DNA of 63,597 nucleotides, filler included, from Sanchytrium tribonematis (GCA_018985235.1; 15 parts of 15 records of this genome joined end to end with filler, not necessarily neighbours in it), one strand, 5' to 3'. Positions 24,021 to 33,944 are shown, counted from the first letter of the whole stretch. Notes: a model not told the origin generated them from the sequence alone. Numbers and translations: made by a program.

Positions 24021-25937
24021 ATGGAAGCATTTTTGATTTCCAATGCGATTGGCATTATCAGCAAATTATTACCCATATTACAACGTATGCAGCATATGAA
24101 TGAGACCAATGAAGATGCAAATCAATTCATAAGTCGATTAAGCAGATTACACTTGATATTAAAGGAAATGGCATCACAAACTTATTCTAAAACCACCCAT
24201 GAGATATTAAAAACATTAATTACAACATTAAACCAATCTCATGAATATTTATTAGAATATGAAACCAAGCATAAAATTAAGAAATTGGTGTTAAATGATT
24301 TTTATACTAATAAATTCATTAAATTGAATGATGAATTACACAAATTAATGCAGGAATTATTGATTTGTAATACAGTAGATATTAAAAGAGATACGATGCA
24401 AATTGTAGAAAATGGTAAATTAGACAAAATGATGTTACAAATGAATCAAATGAAGCAAACTGATTTTAAAATAGTGTTGAATCTCGTTAAAGAACATATG
24501 AGAATATCACAAAGTGAAATCAGTCATTTAAAGCAAATGATGGAGAAATTAATGACCAAAAATGAAACAGTTTCTGAAATAGAATTACAAGCAACACGAG
24601 AAATCATTCATGAGAAATCCAAGTCATTTGATATTGAATATATAGATGACATCCAAATATTTACAGATGAAGCATTGGGAAATGGCTCATTTGGAACAGT
24701 CTATTTGGGGAATTGGCAAGGCATTCTGGTAGCCATTAAACAATTAAATGATTATTCATTTAAAAATCCCAATACATTCAAAATCAAATCAGATGCATTT
24801 GAAAGAAATCGACAAATATTAAGAGAAGTCAAGGCGTTTGAAAAATTAAACAAATCTCCGTATATTTGTAAATTTTTTGGTATTACAAGTGTCAATCACA
24901 ATTTGGGACTAGTATTAGAGTATTTAGACAATTGTACACTATATAGTTGGCTCTATTTTGAAAAACAATTACCAATGGATAAAATCCATCAAATTCAACT
25001 CGGCATTGCCCGTGGATTGGCTTATTTGCATTCAAATCAAATTGCACACAATGATTTAAAATCCAATAATATCATGTTGGATTCTTTATTCATTCCACGC
25101 ATTATTGATTTCGGAATGGTCAAATTATACAGTAATTCAAATATGGATTCACAAACTACCATTGGAAATACAAAATCATTTGGTACAGATCCATGGAAAG
25201 CACCAGAATATTGGAACATGTACATAAATCACATGGCATTGCGAGAATCTTATCCATTTGCAGCTGATATTTATGCATTTTCAATTATTCTTGGTGAAAT
25301 AGATACTAAATTAATACCATGGAAAGGATATTCAAGCATAGATATCCAACAAGCTGTATTGAAATCTCTAAGACCATATTCTGAACACAATGTTTCAAGT
25401 GAATTATTTCAAATAATGAAACAAGGATGGTGTCAACACCCTCAAGATCGTATTAAAATGACCCAAATGGTAGATTTACTTGATAAATCACAATTAAAAG
25501 AAAATTCAATCAAAATAAAATCACAAAAATCCATTCCAATTCTCAATTATGCCCCCGTTGATGAAATTATAGTGGATCATGTATTTGGTATTGAATTATT
25601 TGAATTATTTAAAAGTGCTATTATGAATATAAATGCGCCATTATTTAAATCCACCTTGTTTCAATTATTAGATACAATTTTAATATCAGATATCTCACTT
25701 TACATCAAATCACTACTTAATTTAGATGAACAAATGCGTCAATTATCAAGTCAATTTACAGATACTTTACTTATTTCCATGTTGAGATATTTTGAAATTG
25801 GATATTCTCAAAATTTAAAAATAACATTTGATTTATTTTTATCGTGTCAAGAAGATACTTATGCACAATTGATGATTGGATGGATGTATCAAAAAACATT
25901 AGGGACTCGCAAAAATAATAAAATGGCACATTATTAC
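24021..25937 (+). pseudogene. MLKL-NTD-like helical domain + TKL kinase + Sel1 repeats, interrupted by mobile element insertions
   Basis: GNGSFG, VAIK, HNDLKSNN, DFG, WKAPE; Sel1 repeat (AQLMIGWMY...KNNKMAHYY) is cut at 25937 and the frame appears to resume at 31170. Confidence 0.8.
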
Positions 25938-26170
25938 ACTATTATTAAAATTGCAAAAGCCACCAAATTGTCCCCGTAGCGAATTATCTCTCTAGTTTAT
26001 AGCCACCAAGTGATTCAACGACCAATCAATTCCGATCGGCTTTTTTCTATCCAATTATATGCAATGACCCAGCCAACAAAATGGCATTGCGGCCAATAAA
26101 AGGCATTTTGGCAAAGCAGCCAATAAGCATGTTTATCGTGGGTATAAAAACCCCCAGCGACCCATACGGT

Positions 26171-26608
26171 ATGCCAACATTCGTTCACATTAATGGACGT
26201 CTTTCTGCGGATGGCAAACAAAAGAGAAAGAAAGTTGGTAGTACTGGTGAAATGAAGAAAACCGTTGAGTTTGGAATTATTTCCAACGATTATATAAGTG
26301 GGTCAAATTATACAACTTATACAAAAGTTATTTTATGGGAGGGACAATATATGGGGATGTGGAAAGATTTAAAAAAAGGAGTTGCATTGAATGTCACTGG
26401 ACAACAATACACATTCCGCTGGACAAATGACGAAGGTAAGGAATGTAGCTTCTTGACAATCAAAGTGCATTCAATTCAATGGCCCGTAGGTAATCGAAAT
26501 GAAATTGATTCTGTGGAATCTAACAGCATTGTTCAACAAGAAGTATCTGATGATCTTCCTTTTACAGAGCAGAAAATATGGACAGTCTCATTAATAAATA
26601 AATCATAA
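26171..26608 (+). CDS. Bacterial/phage-type single-stranded DNA-binding protein (OB fold)
   Basis: VHINGRLSAD, LKKGVALNVTG, RWTNDEG and acidic EVSDDLPF tail; ORF could start at 26081 but MPTFVH is the likelier start. Confidence 0.75.
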   Translation: MPTFVHINGRLSADGKQKRKKVGSTGEMKKTVEFGIISNDYISGSNYTTYTKVILWEGQYMGMWKDLKKGVALNVTGQQYTFRWTNDEGKECSFLTIKVHSIQWPVGNRNEIDSVESNSIVQQEVSDDLPFTEQKIWTVSLINKS

Positions 26609-26640
26609 ATAAAACATAAGTGGCTTAAACAGCTACTGAA

Positions 26641-29600
26641 ATGGAACGCGTGAGAGATACTAGAAGAGAATTTTTGGATATATTACATATGTTATATACT
26701 TATAGAGATGAGAATGGAATACACAGATATCAGATGGAGCCATTACACCTCAACATCCGAAAATATCCGTGTAAAAGGTGTTGGGTACTGAAAAAACGTG
26801 GTGATGTTAAATATGATATTTCTGGAGAAGGGGTCATATGTAGAGGAACTTGCGTAAGAAGACACTTTTCACCAATTCCTGATTGTATTTCTAGATTAAA
26901 TCAAAATGAAAAGAACAGTCTCAGAACTATCAAAATCTACGGGGAGAGAACAAGACCCAATAGATATATGTATGAACGATATTCTGGTACCTTGAGCCTT
27001 TCTCTGAATTGGGACGTGTGGCGTCATTATAGTGGATTAATCGGATTTGGTAATGCATATAATATGATTCACACTAATTACACTAACGATGTTATTATTG
27101 CAATGCGATGGCTGATTCAAAATAATATACATTATCAAAACTTGAGACTCCCGACTGCCATAGATAGTTTTATGCGTGTTCAACCTAGTATAATTGGAGG
27201 TCAATTCAATGGAATTCTGTTTCATACCTTGCGAGTACCTTCTCAAGCTAATTATGGGCGTGATGATACAAACTGGATTAGAATTCCATTGGGCGAATGG
27301 TGCGCGTTTAATGAAAATGATGTAAGGCAAGTCATCGGTCCGACGTTGCCGAATAAAGAGGCATATTTGTTTCCTTATCTTTTTCCAGATGGTGTCGGAT
27401 TTTTTACAAATCATGATACTGCCAGAAGTACAGTCATTAAGGATCTCATATTCCGATATAACGATTCTAGATTTAGGGATTGCAGTGAATATCAATTTTA
27501 TCAATTTGATTTTGCAGAAAAATATCGTGTTGCGAATCATGCCTTAAGGGGATTGCGAAATAATAATCCCGAAAATAGAAATATGACTGTAGAGTCGATA
27601 TTGGATATTTCGGTCTATGATGGCACGACAATTTTCAGTGATGAAACAACAGTCACTATGCCAATAACTGTAAGAGGGTCTTCAGCTTATTTTAAGAAAA
27701 TCAAATGTGATTTGCTGTGTTTTATTGAACAATTAGGAAATCCACATTTATTTTTGACATTTAGTTGTGACGAGGAAGCATGGCCAAGATTGACAGAATA
27801 CCTTCGACAGTACGGTACATTTGATAACACTTTAAATGGCACTATTCAAACTCAAAATCCAGTTCTTTGTAATCATTATTGTTATGAGAGACTACGAAGT
27901 ATCCTAAATTTAATATTGTCGGATGGCTATGCTCATATTCCAATAAAGCATCACTTTGTTCGTTATGAATTTCAAAAAAGAGGTAGCGTTCATTGTCATC
28001 TATTATTGTGGTTAGAGCATTTTGATGTAGAATACTTGGTTCATACAATATCCGGTCAAATACCACCAATCGAAAATGATCCACTCTTACATCAATTAGT
28101 AAAATATTATCAATACCACACATGCTCCAACTATTGCATTGTAAATGGACAATGTAAATTCAATTATCCACAGCCTGTATCACAATGTTCTTACTATGAT
28201 TTTATAAACAATGTTTATGTTCTAAGGAGAAACCGTACCGATGTACGTATAAATTCTTATAACAGCTCATTGATGCGGTTGTGGAGAGGAAACATGGATG
28301 TTAAGATTATAACTTCTGAAAATATTGTGCATTATGTGTTAAAATATGTAAGTAAAGAAGAACCATTTGAAGTTGAACAGGAAGTAAGAAATGAATATCT
28401 TAGGTACATTGAAAAAAGATCATACACGTTACACGAAATTTCACATTATTTAACTGGAAATAAAATCACTGAATTTTCTATCAAAGTTGTCAGAATTCAA
28501 TTGTGTGTGAGCTTATTAGATCAACGGTACATCAGGCGAATCAGCGATATTCGTAATTTGGATCCCGATTCAACTGATATATATTATAAAAATGCTCTAG
28601 ACTTGTACTGTTCAAGACCTCAATCATTGGAAAATTTAACTATTCTCCAATATTTTTCACAATTTGAAAAGTGTCGCAACGGTAACATTGTAGATCAACA
28701 AGGTAAAACATGGAAAAGATTGTCCGTAACTAGAGTAGTACGATGCTACCCATTTTACACACAGCATCAGGCTGAATTGTATTTTGGGCAAATTATTTTA
28801 AAGCGGACAAATTTTCGTAATGCAGGAAATTTACTGCAGCAGGTAACACCTTTTAGGGACTATGTTTATAGCACATTTGACGATCACATTCAGGATCAGG
28901 AACTAGTTGGGCAAGTGATGAATGAGCCAGATGCAGATTTACTACATAACTACACAACTACTTATATAGAACTTTCCAATTTATATTCATTTCAAAATAA
29001 TTTGGAGTTAATTAACACTAGTAATCTTAATGGGAATCAATATCAAGTCTACAACAGAATCATTAACTCTACTGAGAGATTGTTTACAATTGAGGGTGGC
29101 CCAGGTACTGGCAAATCATACCTTACAAAAGCATTGTACTCTTATTGTGTTCGTCAAAATTTTGCTTGTGCTATAACTGCCTCCACTGGAATAGCGGCAT
29201 TTAATATTGGTGGATGTACAATTCACAGTTTTTTAATGATAACAAATCAAAACAACACCAGATATAGAACACTCATTGGCAATGGTAATTACTCCAATAG
29301 ATTACAAAACCTAAATTTTTTAATAATAGATGAGTTTAGCATGATAGGAGCATCTCTTTTCAATTTTATAATGTCAACCTTAAATGATCAAAATTGTACT
29401 AATGTTAAGATAATCCTTGTTGGAGATCTTTTACAATTACCACCTGTAAACGACGAATATATCTCTGATTCACCATATTTTAGTCATTTTACAAGATGTT
29501 ATTTAACTTTACAAAATAGAGTACAAGATGAGACACTTCTGTATCAGATCAATAATATTAATGTAGTGACCGACTTCACTTCATTATTAAATTTTATAAA

Positions 29601-30222
29601 TGACAGACTAACAAGTACAATAGATGATAACTCCCCTTTTGTTTATAGTACTAGAAGAGAGTGTCGTTTACACAATAATCATGCCATCAGGCGCTTAGCA
29701 ACGCCTATAATGACATTTCGGTACCCCAATTCAACTGCCTTATATAGTAATAATCATTATGAAAATGAATTTCGCCTTCCATATACACTTAATCTTTGTA
29801 TTGGAGCCAGAGTAATGTTACTTAAAAACCTTAATATTCAAACAGGGCTAGTAAATGGAACAATTGGGACTGTAGTAAACCTGCAATTTAATCAGTTCCA
29901 AAGTTATGCTGTTGTTGAATTTTTCACACCACCAAATGCACAAATTTTAAGAATTTCTCCAACAAGAGAGTATGTCGATGATGTATTCATTCAACAATTG
30001 CCTCTGCAACTAGCGTATGCCACCACAATTCATAAGTGCCAGGGACTTACACTCTCCAAAATTGTAGTTGGACCACTTGAAAATATGAGACACACCAACA
30101 GCAAAGCTTTATTATATGTAGCTATGTCGCGCGTTAAATACTCTGACAATATAAGGTTTCTTCGAGTGCGGCCAAATCCATATCAAGACTTCGAGTTGCG
30201 ACGAGTCTTACAAATCTTTTAA
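26641..30222 (+). CDS. RepHel transposase: HUH-Y2 endonuclease + PIF1 (SF1B) helicase
   Basis: LFLTFSC, EFQKRGSVHCH, YVLKYVSK; GGPGTGKS, IIDEFSM, GDLLQLPPV, AYATTIHKCQGLTL, YVAMSR; the Ser in RGSxH points to the Helentron/Helitron2 group. Confidence 0.95.
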   Translation: MERVRDTRREFLDILHMLYTYRDENGIHRYQMEPLHLNIRKYPCKRCWVLKKRGDVKYDISGEGVICRGTCVRRHFSPIPDCISRLNQNEKNSLRTIKIYGERTRPNRYMYERYSGTLSLSLNWDVWRHYSGLIGFGNAYNMIHTNYTNDVIIAMRWLIQNNIHYQNLRLPTAIDSFMRVQPSIIGGQFNGILFHTLRVPSQANYGRDDTNWIRIPLGEWCAFNENDVRQVIGPTLPNKEAYLFPYLFPDGVGFFTNHDTARSTVIKDLIFRYNDSRFRDCSEYQFYQFDFAEKYRVANHALRGLRNNNPENRNMTVESILDISVYDGTTIFSDETTVTMPITVRGSSAYFKKIKCDLLCFIEQLGNPHLFLTFSCDEEAWPRLTEYLRQYGTFDNTLNGTIQTQNPVLCNHYCYERLRSILNLILSDGYAHIPIKHHFVRYEFQKRGSVHCHLLLWLEHFDVEYLVHTISGQIPPIENDPLLHQLVKYYQYHTCSNYCIVNGQCKFNYPQPVSQCSYYDFINNVYVLRRNRTDVRINSYNSSLMRLWRGNMDVKIITSENIVHYVLKYVSKEEPFEVEQEVRNEYLRYIEKRSYTLHEISHYLTGNKITEFSIKVVRIQLCVSLLDQRYIRRISDIRNLDPDSTDIYYKNALDLYCSRPQSLENLTILQYFSQFEKCRNGNIVDQQGKTWKRLSVTRVVRCYPFYTQHQAELYFGQIILKRTNFRNAGNLLQQVTPFRDYVYSTFDDHIQDQELVGQVMNEPDADLLHNYTTTYIELSNLYSFQNNLELINTSNLNGNQYQVYNRIINSTERLFTIEGGPGTGKSYLTKALYSYCVRQNFACAITASTGIAAFNIGGCTIHSFLMITNQNNTRYRTLIGNGNYSNRLQNLNFLIIDEFSMIGASLFNFIMSTLNDQNCTNVKIILVGDLLQLPPVNDEYISDSPYFSHFTRCYLTLQNRVQDETLLYQINNINVVTDFTSLLNFINDRLTSTIDDNSPFVYSTRRECRLHNNHAIRRLATPIMTFRYPNSTALYSNNHYENEFRLPYTLNLCIGARVMLLKNLNIQTGLVNGTIGTVVNLQFNQFQSYAVVEFFTPPNAQILRISPTREYVDDVFIQQLPLQLAYATTIHKCQGLTLSKIVVGPLENMRHTNSKALLYVAMSRVKYSDNIRFLRVRPNPYQDFELRRVLQIF

Positions 30223-30402
30223 AATAAACACAAAAAGTTTTATTGAAAAATTTTAATTTGCATTACAAATTTTTGAGAGCCTACAATGTAATTTTTTCCC
30301 ACTTCGTTGTTGAGTTTGCTATTTAAGAGATATTACCTGAGTTGTCGCAATAAATTTGGTTAATTTCTTAACAATGTAAGGATCAAATACTTGCTAAAAA
30401 AT

Positions 30403-31082
30403 TTATTTAAGTGTCTTTAAAATATCCACCATCCAATTTTGGCAGTGAAGACGACATAATATATCTTGATCTTGTTTCCCAAACTCCAAAATAATAGAAT
30501 ATGACTCATATCCTATCAGCGAAATAAATTTTTTTAAGCCATTTGGTTGTAATTTTTTCCTAACACTTCGTTTCTTATCTATATCGTATCTATGCTTCAA
30601 ATGCATATCTGGGTCATAAATTTTCTTGCTTTGTCTACTAAAATACAATTGCAATGATAGTTACTAAAATTGCGGTTGTTACTTGACTCTAGCCAGATAA
30701 TTTGATATCTTTTTTTGGACATAGATATGAACCGCTTAGCTGTTTCAAAAGATTTATGGAATTTGTTGGTGGTTAACTTTTTCTTCCAATATCGATGCTG
30801 ATTAAAAACAATTCCGGGAAAAATGTCTACTGAGTCATGGCGTTGGGATAAAAATCTCACAACAGCGACATCACTAAGTAAATTATATGTTGTATTATGT
30901 ATGGAATTCTTACGAGGTCCCGTTGCGATCAATTTTTTACGTAATGATTTTCTGGTTCCCAATTTCTTGTTTGAATTATTCGCACTTTTGGATGTTACAT
31001 TCGTTATATCATCATGAATTAGCTTGCTAGAGGAAGGGCTTCTAACAATGATCTCTACATACATAAATTTACTTCGTGGCAT
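30403..31082 (-). pseudogene. Frameshifted cysteine-protease-like gene (clan CE-like) inside the Helentron
   Basis: A -1 shift near 30623 joins YHCNCILVDKA to KIYDP...KQDQDILCRLHCQNW, giving His-Asp-Gln-Cys order. Confidence 0.45.
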
Positions 31083-31126
31083 GTTTCAAAAAACATAAAA
31101 ATTTAAATTATAACAACGCTAAAACT

Positions 31127-31153
31127 GACGTGCCACAGGCACGTCTCCTGTGG
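31127..31153 (+). other. GC-rich subterminal hairpin(s) of the rolling-circle element
   Basis: GACGTGCC-aca-GGCACGTC (31127-31145) overlapping alternative CCACAGG-n7-CCTGTGG (31133-31153). Confidence 0.75.
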
Positions 31154-31257
31154 GCTTTACGGCGGTAGATACTTTAATTTGTTGTTCTCCCTTTTCGAAA
31201 CAGGTTATTTCTCAAAATTACCCATTAAATTATCCAATTATTATATCGGATTATTAT

Positions 31258-31336
31258 TTATGATTGGTGATAAAATCTGGGATTTTTCTGGGATGGGGCT
31301 GAAACAACTTTTTTCGAGTCAATTCAATGGAATATC
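31258..31336 (+). repeat. 79-bp exact direct repeat, copy 1
   Basis: Identical to 33766-33844. Confidence 0.97.
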
Positions 31337-33552
31337 ATTCAATTGATGCAGAAGTGACATATATAGAGCAGAACATAATCAGCGAAGCAACCAGAAACGC
31401 GTATTTTAACTCCTGCAGTAGATTTATCTCATGGTTATTGGATAGTGGAAACGAAAATCTTGTTTCTGATGCATTGAAGAGTCAATTAGACACGAAATTT
31501 GGTGATAAAGAGACTGAACTAGTTGATTTACTTGTTAGAATAGATGAAGAGGGAATAGATGATATTGAAATCGAAAATAGAACCGAGTTCTATAATATGA
31601 AATTAAAGGCATTAAAGGACTCCCAGGTAGTGTTTATTAAGCAATTTATTATTACCAATGCACCAGTTTATATACAGACAAGATTAGAAATAAATAAACC
31701 CGTCAATTTTGAACTAATCACATCAAGGATTTTTATCACTTAGATGGTTACCCTGCGAAAATCCGATGGTTCAAAGCCTGGAAATGCAACTTATAGTGCT
31801 CACAGATCAGGTTTGGCTCACTTATTTCGAGAATACAATGTGACAATGACACCAGAATTATCAGAATCACAATCGAGAAATTATCTTGGCTTGAGAAGAA
31901 CAACTGCCCAAAGAACAGCCGATGGTGAAGGAAGAATAAAAGTGGGTAAAGATCCGATGGATTTCCCTTTGTTGAAGTTTATTTGTGAATCATTATTAAA
32001 AAGTAAAGAAAAAGAAAATGTATTTGGAAGATGCTTTATTTTAATTTGTTGGAATCTCATGTGTCGTGCAGGGAATGTGGTTAGTATTTGTCTAGAGCAT
32101 TTGGAGTGGCGAAATGATTCCCTTTGTATTTACTTTGCTCACATGAAAAACGACCAGACAGGAAATCGCAAAAGAGATCCTCGTCACATTTATGCCAATC
32201 CTGTCTCACCAGAAATTTGCCCTGTACTAGCACTAGGGGTCTATTTATTGGTATTTTCAATTGTGCCGAATCAAAATAAACTGTTTCCTGGTAATTCGCA
32301 ATACCAGAGATTTTCGAAATTATTAATGAAATTTAGTAAAAATGAAGGTAGAAACGCGATTGAAGAGCGTGGTTTACAAGCAGTAGATATTGGCACACAC
32401 TCGGTTCGCAAAGGTGCTGCCACTTATGTGTCTAGTGGATCTACAGCTTGTCCGTCTTCTACTGCAATTCAATTAAGAGCAGGTTGGTCACTACCTGGAG
32501 TGCAAGATACATATTTAAGATATGAATCTGCTGGAGACATGCATGTTAGACGAGTTGTGTCAGGACTTCCTCAAGAATCAGCAAATTTCTCTATTTTACC
32601 ACCTTTTTTTGAAGTAAGAAATGAAACTGTGGACAATGCAATCAATAATTTATTCCCAAATGCGCCAATAAATATGAAACGGGTTTGTGAGTTTTGCGTG
32701 GCATCCGTTGTGTATCATTCGGACTATCTAAGAAATAATTTACCAGAAACTCATCTTCTATTTTCAAATTATTTATTTACTGACCTTGGCCTGCTTTCAA
32801 GCTTAAAAGCCATTGTGAAATGTAGAAGAGCCAACGAGAATGATGTTTTAACAGCTACCGGAATACCACCTTTTGTAAATATCATCAATAATTTGGTTAC
32901 TTTAAATGAGAGTATTCTAAAAATATTACCAGCACTTGAGAAATCGTCCAATGATACAGCTCAAATGATAATAAATGAACTTGAAGATCGCGCAATTGGT
33001 GCAGGAACAGTTACTAGGGATGGTTTGACTGATTTATTAAAACAGTCTGTTTTGGAAATTTTAAATCAAAATGGTGTGATCGACGCTATTCAACAAATAA
33101 ATAGTGGCAATAATAGTGCCCCAATTGAACAAACAGCTGCTGAAAGACAAGAAAACAATATGTGGAGTTTTATGGGACGTGAATTGCCAGCAACTTTCAA
33201 GATTCCCTCTGTGAATATTCTCATTGGTTTTCAGTTATGGTGCATTGGAGATCCTCAACATCACATTCCTCCGTACCGTTTGATTCTACCGCAGCATATT
33301 CCGAATTTGAATACAAGAAAGCGATTTTGTGATTTTCAAGTTATTATGAAATTTTTAGAAGCTCAAGCAAGAGCTGCGAGTATGTGGGTGGATGATGCTA
33401 CCATTCAAGATGTCAATGCTGTTATGACGTTGATGTTGAACTCCGAAAATCTTAGTTTTCTGTTAAGAACTAAAACAAATAGAAGAAGAAGAATCAACCA
33501 AATTAGCTGGAGAACTGCTGCTGAAGACGTCAGAGAGAGAAAACGCCAGTAA
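31327..33552 (+). pseudogene. Tyrosine recombinase (CryptonS-like) with one in-frame TAG
   Basis: WNLMCRAGN, HMKNDQ, PRHIYANP, GTHSVRKG, RAGWS...YLRY; ORFs 31327-31743 and 31744-33552 are in frame, separated only by TAG (FIT*MV, probably TGG>TAG). Confidence 0.85.
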
Positions 33553-33765
33553 TAAATATAAATTAAGTATTTATCCCAATTTAGCGTTTTAAAAAATTAT
33601 GGGATAAAAATCCCTAATTTTATTTTTAAAATTCAATATTTCAAAATTTTCTGTACAAACGCGTCCAAAAAATGGCTTATAAAAACTTTTATTTATAAAA
33701 TTGGGGACAATTTGTCCCAGGAAATAGTCTCAATTGGCAGAACATATCCCTAAAAAGAATTAGAC

Positions 33766-33844
33766 TTATGATTGGTGATAAAATCTGGGATTTTTCTGGG
33801 ATGGGGCTGAAACAACTTTTTTCGAGTCAATTCAATGGAATATC
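33766..33844 (+). repeat. 79-bp exact direct repeat, copy 2 (runs to contig end)
   Basis: Identical to 31258-31336. Confidence 0.97.
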
Positions 33845-33944
33845 NNNNNNNNNNNNNNNNNNNNNNNNNNNNNNNNNNNNNNNNNNNNTTAATTAATTAA
33901 NNNNNNNNNNNNNNNNNNNNNNNNNNNNNNNNNNNNNNNNNNNN

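Larger units (their letters stand above)
25935..31169 (+). mobile_element. Helentron/Helitron2-type rolling-circle transposon (~5.2 kb)
   Basis: Intact RepHel; GC hairpin near right end; removing it restores host frame CAT TAT|TAC TTT AAT TTG (T|T target, TAC microhomology so ends are +/-3 nt). Confidence 0.8.
31258..33770 (+). mobile_element. Crypton-type tyrosine recombinase transposon (2508-bp unit)
   Basis: Single YR gene; unit bounded by TTATG, after which the element start recurs; GGGAT/ATCCC motifs at both ends. Confidence 0.8.

Noticed and set aside
25971..25996. CCCCGTAGC...CTAG-T as a canonical Helitron 3' end
   Set aside because: No complementary arm to form the hairpin, and it lies upstream of RepHel
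30664..30682. 19-nt GT-AG segment (gtaacaaccgcaattttag) in the protease-like gene
   Set aside because: Lacks the invariant T12/A14 branch point, and removing it leads to a stop rather than joining the ORFs
31741..31743. Alternative genetic code (TAG/TAA reassigned), suggested by in-frame stops here and at 39811
   Set aside because: Conserved genes are free of internal TAR codons and terminate at TAA/TAG; isolated nonsense mutations or errors are simpler
31258..33844. 79-bp repeats as LTRs or DIRS-type split repeats
   Set aside because: No RT/gag; the repeat includes the YR start codon and ends exactly at the contig end, consistent with an assembly-graph loop
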